The notes beneath the pieces were generated by a model. The model searched no databases. It was not told the DNA's origin and was given only the letters and a program-made list of their open reading frames with translations. DNA of 64,000 bases from Okamejei kenojei (lineage: Eukaryota): positions 25,358,001-25,422,000 of the forward strand of contig CM069147.1 in assembly GCA_035221665.1 (NCBI GenBank), in the 5' to 3' direction. Every line of letters begins with the position of its first letter. Position 1 is the first letter of the stretch. Below, piece after piece: positions 1 through 12,688 of this stretch. Both the position numbers and the translations under genes were made by a program.

Positions 1-197
1 GTTTATAACAAAGCCGATTAACCTACAAACCTATATGTCTTTGGAGTGTGGGAAGAAACCGAAGATCTTGGAGAAAACCCACGCAGTCACGGGTGAAATA
101 TACAAACTCCATACAGACAGCACCCATTGTCAGAATCAAACCCGGGTCTCTGGCGCTGTAAGGCTGCAACTCTACCTCTGTACCACCATGCCGCCAT
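1..197 (-). mobile_element. tRNA-derived V-SINE (HE1-like), 3' part runs off the window start
   Basis: Reverse complement shows a tRNA-like head (GGCGGCATGGTGG...GACCCGGGTTTGATTC) followed by the V-domain-like core TGGAGTTTGTATATTTCACCCGTGACTGCGTGGGTTTTCTCC...TTCCCACA. Confidence 0.8.
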
Positions 198-710
198 TGT
201 GTTCTCCAGAGATGCTGCCTGTCCAGTTGCATTGCTCCAGCACTTTGTATCTTTTTTTGAAAATCAGCATTTCATGTCCTTTGTGCCCAGATAAGTGTTC
301 TCAATACACACAGCTCCACCTTGCAAACTCACATACTCTGTCCTCAGATTACTTGCTTGTTATTTGTTCATGGATGAGCTCCATTTTTCCATTAGTACAA
401 AAGTTCAATAGTTATTTTATTGTCATGTATACCTAGATTCCATGAAATGCTCTATTTTGCATATGATCGATTGAAATCATACTAGACCTAAGTAAATCAT
501 ACATAAATTATAGAGCGTAATAATTGTAGCGTAAAAAAATTGCAGGACATTATAGAGATTGTGGATTTTGCAATCGTCCACCCTGAATTCTGCAATATAT
601 TAAGTCTTTATATTTCCCACAGCAGCAATTTGCTGGAAGCGTTTGACTGGATCCTCAGCATGGAGGCTCTCCGAGATAACCGTCCCATCAGCATGAAGGA
701 TTTTTAAAAA

Positions 711-2278
711 TTTATTTATTTATTTAACCTTTATTTAACCAGGAGAAGTCTCATTGAGATTAAAAATCTCTTTTACAAGAGAGTCCTGGCCAAGACAGGC
801 AGCAGCACAGTTTCCCAGTTACAGACAATAATTTAAAAACAACAGAGAACATATAGAGTCACAGTCATAACATCATCAAACAAAGCATGTACAGACAGAA
901 GAGCCCGCTTCAACATAATTAAGAAGAGATTTAAATCTGTTTATAGAAACCAGCTCCTTAAATTTCAGTTCATTCTGCAGCTGGTTCCATGCGAAGGAAG
1001 CAGCATAACTAAATGCCCTTTTCCCCAGTTCAGTAAGGACATTAGGTACAGTTGGTAAGAACAAGCGGAGCTGATAAGTTCCTGTGCTTTTTCGAATTAC
1101 ATACTTCTGCAGGTATGAAGGAAGAACACCGAGGATAGTCTTATAAATAAGGATATGCCAATGATGGAGTCTGTGGGTGGACAGGGCAAACCATCCAACT
1201 TGAGCATTTTTTAAATGCTCAAGTTTTTAAATTTATAACAAATCTCAGTGCTCCGTGGTAGACCATGTCCAAAGACTGTAGGCGTTTTGAAGATGCATTC
1301 ATATATAAAACATCACCATAGTCCAACACAGACATAAACATTGCAGCAACAAGTCTTTTTTTGGCTTCAAAAGAAAAACAAGATTTGTTTCAAAAGTAAA
1401 AACCTAATTTTATCTTTAGTTTTTTCACGTTGCTGGATATGAGATTTAAAAGAGAGAGAATCATCAATTATAATTCCCAGATATTTATATTGAGACACAG
1501 ATTCAACCACAGAGCCCTGCAAAGTGGTGACAGAAGGGAGGTCCGAGGGCTTTGATTTAGCTTTATTGAACAGCATGAGCTTTGTCTTGTCAGCATTTAA
1601 AACAAGTTTTAAATCACACAGGTTACATTGCACAGTGTTAAAAGCAGTTTGGAGCTGACAGAGAGCCTGATTTGGGGTAGATGCAGAGCAATATATCACT
1701 GTGTCGTCAGCATAAAAGTGAAAATTTGCGTTCGCTGCTTTATGATCTAGACTATTAATATAAATAGTAAATAATAAAGGTCCTAGAACCAGTCCCTGTG
1801 GCACACCCTTGGATACATTAAGAGAGCTAGAAGTAATACCTTCTGCTCGCACACACTGGGATCTGCCTGATAGATAGTTTTTAAACCAACAGACAACTTG
1901 ATCAGACAAACCAATGCTGCATAGTCTTTGTAACAATAAGGCATGATCCACAGTATTGAAAGCCTTTGATAGATCAACGAAAAGGGCTGCACGGTGTTGC
2001 TTATTGTCTAAAAATTCAATAAAATCATTTACTACTTTTAAAGCAGCTGTTGACGTACTATATTTTTTCCTAAAACCAGATTGAAATTCAGATAAAATAC
2101 TGTTAGTTGATAAAAAGTCCATCAGTTGTTGGTTTACAATGGATTCCAGCACCTTACTTAAAACAGACAGTTTGGAGATGGGCCTATAGTTGTTTAGCAC
2201 AGAGGGGTCCCCCCCTTTAAACAGTGGGACAACAAAGGCAGATTTCCAAATAAGGGGAATTTCGTTTTTCTCCAGGGA
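711..2278 (-). mobile_element. 5'-truncated L2-clade LINE (RT domain and 3' tail)
   Basis: ORF 1367-2200 has non-LTR RT motifs (YRPIS, QSGFR, DLSKAF, GVPQG, YADD); ORF 876-1064 gives the C-terminus; the 3' end reads CCTGGTTAAATAAAGGTTAAATAAATAAAT, an L2-type tail. Frameshifted. Confidence 0.8.
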
Positions 2279-2879
2279 TACAAACAGAAATGCTGAAAAT
2301 ATTTCCAGGGTTTTCAGTTGGTATTTTAACTTCCTTGTATCTGTAGATGTTCCATGGTAAAATATAATTGTTTTCCCTGGAGTATCAGAACATCAAAGGA
2401 AGGATGTGTTTGGAAGCAGGTTCTACCCTCCCATAACTATTGACAAGCCCGCAGTCAGCTTGCACTGCTCAGTAAATTCAGAGGAGATTGACAAGTGCCT
2501 TCACTTTACGTAGAACATAGTACAGCACAGGAACAGTACATTCAGCCTACAATGTCTGCACAGACAATGATACCATTTCAAACTAATCCCATCTGCCTGT
2601 ACATGGTCATATCATTCCATTCTGTGCCCGTTCATATGTCTAAATGCATCTTAAACTGGGTGATCATTTTGGTTTCTCCCACTTCCCCTGGCACCATGCT
2701 CTGATAATCCAGGGAAAATAATCCAAGTTTATTTAACCTCATAGCTAGTTTCAAAATAATTTAAGAACTTCCACAGGCATTTAAATGGCTTGGTAATCTG
2801 TTCGAACATTTAGGAAAGGAATGTAAATTTTGAAAATTTTCTGTAAATTAAAATATTTGTTGTAAAGTTTTAAACACCA

Positions 2880-3900
2880 TGTTTTCTCAGAAACGTTATC
2901 TTGTGGTAAAGCGTTACATTCAGGCTAGAGGTCTCTGACCAGTGGAGTTCACATGGGTCTTTGTCGGGACCTCTGCCATTTGTGATACATATAAATGACT
3001 TGGACATATACGTACACTAAATGAGTTGGTTAATAAGTTTGCAGATGACACCAATGTTGCTGGCATCACAGACTGTGAGAAAGGCTGTCAATGTATACAG
3101 TGGAATACAGATCAGCTGTAGAAATGGCAGATAGAGTTTAATCTAAGTAAGCGCAAGGTGATGCACTTTACAAATGTAAGGGCGAAATATAAAATTAATG
3201 GCATGACTCTCAACAGTATTCATCTATTGAGGGATATTGGGGTCCATCCGTAGCACCCCAATAGTGGCAACACAATTAGATAGATTGGTATGATGCTTGC
3301 ATTAATAGGTTGATGCATTCAGTATAAGACTCAGGATGTCATGATGCAGTTTTATAGGACTTTGATTTGACCGCATTTGGAATATTGTGTGCCGTTCTGG
3401 TCAACCTACAGGAAGGATGTGGAGGCTTTGGAAAGGGTACAGAGGAGGTTTACCAGAATGTTGCCTGGTTTAGGGGGTATTAGCTACTGGGAGAGGATAG
3501 GCAGACTTGGATTGTTTTCCGTGTAGTGCCAGACATTACAGGGCTATTGATAGAAGTATACAAAATTATGAGAGGCACAGATAGGTCAGGCAGACCTTTT
3601 TCTCAGGATGGAAAAAAAAATACCAGATGGTATAGCTTTAAGGTGCAAACGGTGAAGTGCGAAGGATATATGTTTTCTACACAGAGGGTGGTGAGTGCCT
3701 TGAACGCATCGCCAGTGTTGTTGAGAGAGGCAGGTATGATAGTAGGATTTAAGATGCTTTTGGGCTGGCATATGGATGTGCAGGTAATGGAGGGATATGA
3801 AATATGCACAGGTCGATAAGAGACAATCTTGGCGTCACGCTTGCCACAGTCATTGTGTCCTGTGGGGTTTGTTCTTGTGCTCTACTGTTCCATGTTTCTA
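2880..3900 (+). mobile_element. Decayed CR1 LINE 3' portion
   Basis: Remnants of KFADDT, HLEYCVPFWS, QRRFTRMLPG and TQRVV motifs, with many stops. Confidence 0.8.
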
Positions 3901-4593
3901 AGTTGCACAGGAAAATGTCCGTTATATTTTCCCAATGGGTAGGGCTTTCACCGGACGTAACCAAGGTCGGCTAAAATTGAATGCAAAATTATGTTCATGC
4001 ATAAAGACTGGGCACAAATGGACCAAATTCATTGTCTTCAAATATTATCTTTTCCAAAGAATGAGTTGTTCTATTCTTCGTAGCAAAATAAACTTAATTT
4101 TTCCACAATATGCTTCATCTACCGTGTTTTGCGTACAGGTTAAGCTTTTCAACATTGTCCAAATGTTTTGCTTCCTGAAGCCTTGGCTCCTTTGTGGCTC
4201 TGGTCTCTATCACCAGTAGGTTGGGATATGTTTGCCGACTACAATGCAGATTGTAGTGTCACACATTTCTGCAAAGTCTGTAAATATGTAATTCAGAAAA
4301 TATTCTTGTGCTCTGACATTCGATCTTTCATTAATCCACTCATCTCTAATCCCATGAGCTCTTACTTCTCCAAAATTTAGTTTGATCAGATAAAATGATA
4401 ACCATTTTTACTTTTTGTTGCCCTGTTCATTGCGCTCTGTTAGGTAAAGTGTAGCTAACTGGACAATAGCTCCCAATTTTCTCTCTTCTGCGATACAATC
4501 CTCTCATGGCTAATGCTGGAGGTGGGGCTGATGGACATTTGAATTACAAGAGGTTGAATGGTATAGGGAGATACTAAGACAGCTGCTTTGAGA

Positions 4594-4742
4594 NNNNNNN
4601 NNNNNNNNNNNNNNNNNNNNNNNNNNNNNNNNNNNNNNNNNNNNNNNNNNNNNNNNNNNNNNNNNNNNNNNNNNNNNNNNNNNNNNNNNNNNNNNNNNNN
4701 NNNNNNNNNNNNNNNNNNNNNNNNNNNNNNNNNNNNNNNNNN
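4594..4742. other. Assembly gap (149 N)
   Basis: Run of N. Confidence 1.
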
Positions 4743-5295
4743 CTACACATAACTAAAACTCTGATCTTGTGCTCTTCCGGTTTGTGCGTTTTTTCTATTT
4801 GCGCAAAAACGGTACGCTATAGCGCTATGGTTTTTTGCCACCTCACTCACCGTTCTCCTGTGTTGCAAGTGCAATGGGTTTCGTTCCGATTGGTAGTGTA
4901 TTGTAAAAGTTAGCGAGGTTTAAAATCTTAAAATTGGTCTCTTCTCCTGTCACTCTCCGAGCCGGTCCGCCCCTTCCTGCGCCATCGCGTCCTTACTGGA
5001 GCTGAGGGATGCTGTGGGTAGCCGGCGGAAGTCTCGAACTAGACATAATTTTCAGAGGGACCGGAAGCGGCCGGCCCGGCCCGGGAGATGTTGCCAAACG
5101 GAAAGCGGAGAATCTGATCCCGGCGGAGGATAGCGTCCAGTGCCCGCTGTGAGTCCCAAACGCACCGCCATCATTACGTCCTGCAGCTCCAGCCCCTTCC
5201 CCTCTGATCCTCCTCGCTGGCTCCTGCCCCCCTCCCTCGTGATACTCCCCTCTCCCCATGGCTCTTCCCCGTCTTTTCTCTGAGCTCTCCATCCT

Positions 5296-8200
5296 CACAT
5301 TTTTCAACATTAAACTTCATCTGCCATGCATCTGCCCACTCCCCCAACCTGTCCAAGTCACCCTGCATTCTCATAGCATCCTCCTCACAGTTCACACTGC
5401 CACCCAGCTTTGTGTCATCTGCAAATTTGCTAATGTTACTTTGAATCTCTTCATCCAAATCATTGATGTATATTGTACCAGCAACGAGCCTTGCGGTACC
5501 CCACCAGTCACTGCCTGCCATTCTGAAAGGGACCTGTTAATCCCTACTCTTTGTTTCCTGTCTGCCAACCAATTTTCTATCCATGTCAACACTCTGCTCC
5601 CAATACCATGTGTCCTAATTTTGACCTTATCAAATGCTTTCTGAAAGTCCAGGTACACTTTATCCACTGGCTCTCCCTTGTCCATTTTCCTAATTACATC
5701 CTCAAAAAATTCCAGAAGATTAGTCAAGCATGATTTCCCCTTCGTAAATCCATGCTGACTCGGACCGATCCTGTTACTGCTATACAAATGTGTGGCTATT
5801 TCATCTTTTATAATTGACTCCAGCATCTTCCCCACCAATGATGTCAGGCTAACTGGTCTATAATTCCATGTTTTCTCTCCCCCGCCTTTCTTAAAAAGTC
5901 GGATAACATTAGCAACTCTCCAATCCAGAGGAACTGGTCCTCAGTCTAAAGAACACTGGAGAAGTATCACCAATGCATCCATGATTTCGAGAGCCACTTC
6001 CTGAAGTACCCTGGGATGCAGACCATCAGGCCCTGGGGATTTATCAGCCTTCAGTCCCATCAGCCTACCCAACACCATTTATTTCAGTTCCTCCGTCACT
6101 ACAGATCCTCTGGGCATTACTATATCAGGAAGATTGTTTGTGTCCTCCTTAGTGAAGACAGATCCAAAATACCTGTTCAACTCATCTGCCATTTCCTTGT
6201 TAATAAATAATTATCCCATAATAAATTCACATTTTTCGATCTTCAAGGGTCCAACTTTGGTCTTAACTAATACATTCCTCTTCATATACCTAAAGAAGCT
6301 TTTACTATCCTCCTTTATATTCTTGGCTAGCTTACCTTCTTACATCATCTTTTCTCCCCGTTTTGTCTTTTTAGTTATCTTCTGTTGCTCTTTAAACATC
6401 ACCCAATCCTCTTGCTTCACACTCATCTATGCTACATAGTAACTTCTTCTCTTTTATTTTTATACTGTCCCTGACGTCCCTTGTCAGCCACGGTCACCCC
6501 TTACATAGACACATAGAAACATAGAAAATAGGTGCAGGAGTAGGCCATTCGGCCGTTTGAGCCTGCACCGCCATTCAATATGATCATGGCTGATCATCCA
6601 ACTCAGTATCCTGTACCTGCCTTCTCTCCATACCCCCTGATCCCTTTTGTCACAAGGGCCGCATCTAACTCCCTCTTAAATATAGCAAACGAACTGGCCT
6701 CAATTACCTTCTGTGGCAGAGAATTCCAGAGATTCACCACTCTCTGTGTGAAAAATGATTTTCTCATCTTGGTCCTAAAAGACTTCCCCCTTATCCTTAA
6801 ACTGTGACCCCTTGTCCTGGACTTCCCCAACATCGGGAACAATCTTCCTGCATCTAACCTGTCCAAACCCTTAAGAATTTTGTAGGTCTCTATGAGATTA
6901 CCCCTCAATCTTCTAAATTCCAGCGAGTACAAGCCGAGTCTGTCCAGTCTTTCTTCATATGGAAGTCGTGCCATCCCAGGAATCAGTCTGGTGAACCTTC
7001 TCTGTACTCCCTCGATGGCAAGAATGTCTTTCCTCAGATTACTCCCCTTGGAATCTTTCTTCCTCCTATCAATGAACTGATTCTGCACCTTCTGTATTAT
7101 TCCTAGAAATACCTGCCATTGTTGTTCCACTGTCATCCCTGCAAGTGTATCTTTCCAGTCAACAGCCGCCCTGAGTCAATATTTTGTAGCACCGCCTTTC
7201 GCTGCAAGTCTTTGGGGTATGTCTCTCCCAGCTTTGAACATCTAGAGACTGAAATTTTTGCCCATTCTTCTTGACCAAATAGCTCAAGCTCAGTCAGATT
7301 GGATGGAGAGCATCTGTGAACAGCAAGTTTCAAGTCTTGCCAGAGATTCTCAATTGGATTTAGGTCTGGACTTTGACTGGGCCATTCTAACACATGAATA
7401 TGCTTTGAACTAAACCATTCCATTGTAGCTCTGGCTGTATGTTTAGGGTCGTTGTCCTGCTGGAAGGTGAACCTCAGCCCCAGTCTCAAGTCTTTTGCAG
7501 ACTCTAACGGGTTTTCTTCCAAGATTGCCCTGTATTTGGCTCCATCCATCTTCCCATCAACTCTGACCAGCTTCCCTGTCCCTGCTGAAGAAAAGCATTC
7601 CCACAGCATGATGCTGCCACCACCATGTTTCACAGTGGGGATGGTGTGTTCAGGGTGATGTGCAGGGTGATGTTAGTTTTCCGCCACACATAGCGTTTTG
7701 CATTTAGGCCAAAAACTTCAATTTTGGTCTCATCAGACCAGAGCACCTTCCTCCACATGTTTGCTGTGTCCCCCACATGGCTTGTGGCAAACTGCAAATG
7801 GGACTTCTTATGGCTTTGTTTCAACAATGGCTTTCTTCTTGCCACTCTTCCATAAAGGCCCGATTTGTGGAGTGCAGGACTTATAGTTGTCCTGTGGACA
7901 GATTCTCCCACCCGAGCTGTGGATCTCTGCAGTTTCTCCAGAGTTACCATGGGCCTCTTGGCTGCTTCTCTGGTCAATGCTCTCCTTGCCCGGCCTGTCA
8001 GTTTAGGTGGATGGCCATGTCTTAGTAGGTTTGCAGTTGTGCCATACTCTTTCCATTTTCGGATGATGGATTGAACAGTGCTCCGTGAGATGTACAAAGC
8101 TTGGGATATTTTTTTATAACCTAACCCTGCTTTAAACTTCTCCACAACTTTATCCCTGACCTGTCTGGTGTGTTCCTTGGGCTTCATGATTCTGTTTGTT

Positions 8201-8816
8201 CACTAATGTTCTCTAACAAACCTATGAGGCCTTCACAGAACAGCTGTATTTATACTGAGATTAGATTACACACAAGTGGACTCTATTTACTAATTAGGTG
8301 AGTTCTGAAGGCAATTGGTTGCACAGGATTTTAATTAGGGGTATCAGAGGAAAGGGAGCTAAATACTTTTGCATGCCACACTTTTCAGTTTTATATTTGT
8401 AAAAATATTTGAAAACCATGTATCATTTTCCTTCCACTTCACAATTATGCGCCACTTTGTGTTGGTCTATCACATAAAATCCCAATAAAATACATTTACA
8501 TTTGTGGTTGTAATGTGACAATATGTGGAAAAGTTCAAGGGGTATGAAAACTTTTGCAAGCCACGTCGCATCAGGGTCTTTTTACCCTTACAATTCCTTA
8601 GTTCTATGCATACTGACTCCACATCTCCTGTTCCAATGTCATCCCTTGCAAGGGACTGAATTTCATTCCTCACCAACAGAGCTACGCCACCCCCTCTGCC
8701 CACCTGTCTGTCTTTTCGATAGGAGATATACCCTTGGATATTCAGTTCCCAGCCCTGGCCCTCTTACAGACATGTCTCTGTAATTCCCACAACATCATAC
8801 TTGCCAATTTCTAACT
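5296..8816 (-). mobile_element. CR1 LINE ORF2 (EN+RT) fragments, interrupted by a second CR1 3' end (about 6505-7040) and by Tc1
   Basis: ORFs 5174-5521, 5392-5838, 6603-7136 and 8470-8703 carry [25 protein letters not shown] and the EN motif GGGVALLV. The host CR1 text breaks at CCCCTTAC (about 6504) and resumes at TTACTCCCC (about 7039). Confidence 0.88.
7165..8564 (-). mobile_element. Tc1/mariner DNA transposon, IR/DR type, with frameshifted transposase and the left TIR lost
   Basis: ORFs 7630-8187 and 7133-7633: HTH region, LWSDETK, KHGGGSIMLW, FQQDNDPKH, SPDLNPIENLW (DD34E). About 200-bp terminal repeat with direct repeats CTTTTGCA(T/A)GCCAC near 8366 and 8551. Confidence 0.93.
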
Positions 8817-10334
8817 GAATAGAGGGAGAGGAGGGCAGTGGGGGACGTGAGGAGGGATAGTGGGGGGATATGGCAGGTGAGGAGTAGGGGAGGTGGGGGG
8901 TAGAGGGATAAGAGGGGGTAGGGAGTGGAGAGGAGTTATGGAGGGATGGAGGGAGTGACTGAGGGTAGGGGGAAGGAGAGGGAGAGATAGGTGATGGAGG
9001 GATTGGTGGCAGGTAGGAGGAGAGGGGAAAGAAGAGGGAGGGGGAGAGAGTGCTAGCGATGAGGGCAAATCAGCTGCGCCTGTGCAGTTGGAGGGTACGG
9101 GTGAGTGGTGGAATATTGTGTTGGGGGACCAAGCCACCTGTGTGAAAGGGACCCAACGGGTCCCACTTAGTCTAGATTTATTTAAAGGCAGACCTGGTTC
9201 AAGGAGTGAATTGGTCTTCACCTCCTATTTCTTATGTTATGTTGCCAGGATTTGTGGACCTGAGCTTTAAGAAGGTATAAGGAGAGGTTGGGCATGGTAG
9301 TTTTGGAATCCTCTGAGCATAGGAAGATGAAAGGTGTATGAGATCATGAAGGGAACAGGATAGATGCACATAGTCCTTTACTCAGAGCAGAGGACAGACA
9401 ACTTTTTCACACTGAGAGTGGTGGATATATAGAATGAGCTGCGGAGGAGGTAGTTGAATCAGAAAATATAACAACATTTAAGAGACCTTTGAATAAGCAC
9501 ATGGATTGGAATGGTTAGGAGGGATGTGGGCCAAAGATACTGTAGGTGGGACTAGTGCAGGTGGGGTATATTGGTTGGCAGCGACAAGCTGGGTCAAAGG
9601 ACCGCTTTCCATCCTGTATGACTCTATGACACTATAAATTCCTGAGACACAATCTCCCTTGTACAACACCAATCTTTAATCAGCCCATCTTTCTAAATGC
9701 ATGTATATCTTATCTCTCAGAATCCTCTCCTGCAAATTTCCTGCCAAGAATGTTACACGTAACCCGTCTGTAGCTGAACAATTTATTGAACAATTCAATA
9801 AAAAGGATCGGGAATATTAACAAGCAGGAAATCCTGTATGAAAGAAGCAGAAGATCACCGAGGCACTGCAGATCGGAAGTTCTGCAATAAGTGTGCTTTT
9901 GTATGTGTGTATTTTTGTCTGTGTTGGGAAAGGCGGGAACTTGAACTACAAAAGCGCTCTGGTTGACTACTTCAAAGTGGAGATAAGCTACAAAAAGATA
10001 GGAATTTCATATCACAACTACTCTCACCTTGCAAGCTTAAGGATCATTCCAGGATGTTGCTCTTGATCTCTGCCGCTGCTCATAATTTGGTACTCACTGC
10101 TGCATTACTGAGGTTGCCTAACCCAGGCTCAATGAAAGGAGACAATCTGCTTCCCTATCAGACCTCAGAGGCAGGGAAATTGACGTGCCTGCATCGCAGG
10201 CATCCTAAAGGCAACATTCAGAGTTAACAATTTTGCTCTCACTGAAAACTTCCTGAGAGCATCCCACTGTGGGCGACACCACCACAGGGGGCCACATATC
10301 AAATAATGACATTGAACAACCAGAGGAAGCGACG

Positions 10335-10660
10335 TGGTATACATTGATGGCGACAAAGTAGAGATGGTTGAAAGCTTCAGGTATCTAGGAGTAAATATCA
10401 TTAGCAACTTTTCCTGGATAAGCCATATCAAAGTCACGGGCAGAAAAGCACACCAATGCCTCTAATGGGCAAAGGGAGGGACATCGGTTCACGACCAAAC
10501 CCGTCAAGGGCAATGGAGGAGGCACTGCAACAGATTGGGGCTCACTTAGCCTTATGTGGATCGGGTGTGCTCCTGTGCATCCAGCATGTGGACTCCCGGC
10601 TTGTTGTGCAAAAATAATTTCACTGTGCAATGCATACGTGAAAATAAAGAACAATTGAAT
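10335..10660 (+). mobile_element. Rex/Babar-like LINE RT C-terminal remnant
   Basis: Translates to VYIDGDKVEMVESFRYLGVNI...WISHIKVTGRKAHQCL, typical of this clade. Confidence 0.6.
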
Positions 10661-11878
10661 CATTGAAACACAAATCACAACTGTCCTGTTAATAGTGTTG
10701 TCATGGTGTTATTGGGTGCTCCAGCAATTAGATATAAAGACAATGGGTTAACCTTAATCTACTTCCAAGTTAACTATTCTGTGGCTTGCAGAGGTGGATG
10801 TGACGTAGTCAGCCCAGCACAGGCACGTAACATTACGTACGTTATAGATGGTATACGCTGTTTGGGAAACGGGATATTGAAAATTGACCAATGAGCAGAA
10901 TGGATTTGTTTTCTAATTGGAAAGTAAATGCCAGAACTTGGCTGCACAGATGCAATTTAATTCAAAAGGTAATTAGTTCCAGATTACAAATCCTTGGACT
11001 ACAGACTAAATGTTTTCTGGTTCCTCATTCTTTGCTCTATCGTGTGCACTAAACCTTTTCTTTATATCACGCAGAATGATTGGAATTGTCAGGTTGTCGA
11101 GGATTTCAGGAAGGAAATTAAGGTGGACTATGCGCTGGCAGCACTGACGAAGCTTGGTTGTAGATTCTTTAACATTCAATTCTGCATTCACCTCCTTGCT
11201 TCAGCCATCCTTGTTATTGGTTCTGTTCTTGAACTCTTCTTCTCCATTAACTGGTCATCACCAGAAGAACGTGGACCTGATCCCAGAACCCACCACATCA
11301 ATGACTCACAACCTAAAACAATGCACTGGGAACTTTGCTTTTAAATTGGCTGACTACCCCTCCAGGTTCAAAGAAGCATAGGACAAAGAAACATAGAAAA
11401 TAGGTGCAGGAGTAGGCCATTCGGCCCTTTGAGCCAGCACCAAAATCAGTACCCAGTTCCGACTTTTTCCCCATATCCCTTGATTCCCTTAGCCCTAACA
11501 GCTAAATCTCTCACTCTTGAAAAGCGAGCAAAGGAGAAGCAAAAATCTGTGAGGGAATATATGACCATTGTTGGTGGAAGATAGTTGTGAGGGCAGAAGC
11601 CACCAGATATATTGCAAACTAATACTGGCGCCGTTTTCAACAGTTCCCTTATTTTCATGAGAAAGTCCGATGTCTGGCACAAATTGGAATGTAATCCAGT
11701 GGTGACATCGTAAATTACACCCCTTGCAATTTACAATTTCACTACGCTGCATCATTCAATCTAATAGGTCTGCGTGAATGATCAAAGGCTCTACATTTCT
11801 GAAGATGAAGACTCACAATAACTACACCAAACATAATGCCATGGTTGATCACCACCTGTCATCATGAGAAGAACGTAG

Positions 11879-12688
11879 AATAGTAAGATTAAATGAGAAC
11901 TTACCAGTTTGAAGTTTGATCTTTATTTTATGAGGAGTTACGTTGATGTTTACGTGAAGAACCCCACCAGTTCGCATGCGTCAATCTTCAAAGCAGCAGT
12001 ATGAAATCACAGATAACAATAATCAAAATTAATATAGTAAGATCAGCAACTTGAGAACTACCAGATGACCTTTGTGAGAGAGGGCTGGGCGTGGAGGGCA
12101 CGTAATCACTAATGTAACTCCTCATAAAATAAAGATCAAACTTCAAACTGGTAAGTTCTCATTTAATCTTACTATTTTACTTCGGAGGCATGTGAGTGAT
12201 TCCGTGAAGGGTTCAAAACACTGTGATTTCATGCCATAGATTCAAATCCCAGCGTCTCACTGCATCGATTGACTCAGAATGAGTGAATAATAAATAATGC
12301 ATTAACCATGACATTGATTCAAATGTATTAATGGTTTACGTTAATAAAGAAATCAATAGCAACCCCTCTATCTCAGGGGAGGCTAAAGTGGATGCAAAAC
12401 AGAATGGGCAAATAGCCCGGGTCAGTAACCGGCCTATGGTAAAAAAAAATAATAATAATTCAGTGGACCTTCCTGCGGTCGTTGGCAACGTCCATTTCCC
12501 TGGCCACTGACGTTGATGCCGCCCTAGTGGAATGACATGTAAAATTGTCAGCGTTAATACCTACATAAACCAGAACCTGCTGCAGCCACCTTGAAATAGT
12601 CTGAAATAAATCTGACAGGAAACCTCTGTGAAGAGAGGCTCCTGCTTGAACAAGAAATCCTGGTAAGTAAAATACTCCGAAGTAAAAT
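11879..12688 (-). mobile_element. Internally deleted mini-DIRS (subfamily B, about 810 bp)
   Basis: Starts AATAGTAAGATT, has the terminal hairpin/ICR (11879-12210) and a YR C-terminal remnant (ORF 12460-12732, HSTRAAS), and ends ACTCCGAAGTAAAAT at 12674-12688. Confidence 0.85.

Larger units (their letters stand above)
4743..9175 (+). mobile_element. Probable non-autonomous Helitron (ends at 4743-5290 and 8820-9175) with CR1 and Tc1 sequence inside
   Basis: 3' end has the hairpin GGGACCC-AAC-GGGTCCC (9148-9164) followed by CTAG (9172-9175). Sequence after the gap starts (n)CTACACATAACTAAAA, resembling a Helitron TC start. Linkage of the two ends is inferred. Confidence 0.5.

Noticed and set aside
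8811-9221. 136-aa proline-rich ORF
   Set aside because: Translation of a low-complexity purine tract inside a repeat.
10994-11760. ORFs 10994-11344 and 11446-11682 as host genes
   Set aside because: No splice structure or domain; only a faint resemblance to decayed Gypsy pol (KIRELLKTAPVL), too weak to call.
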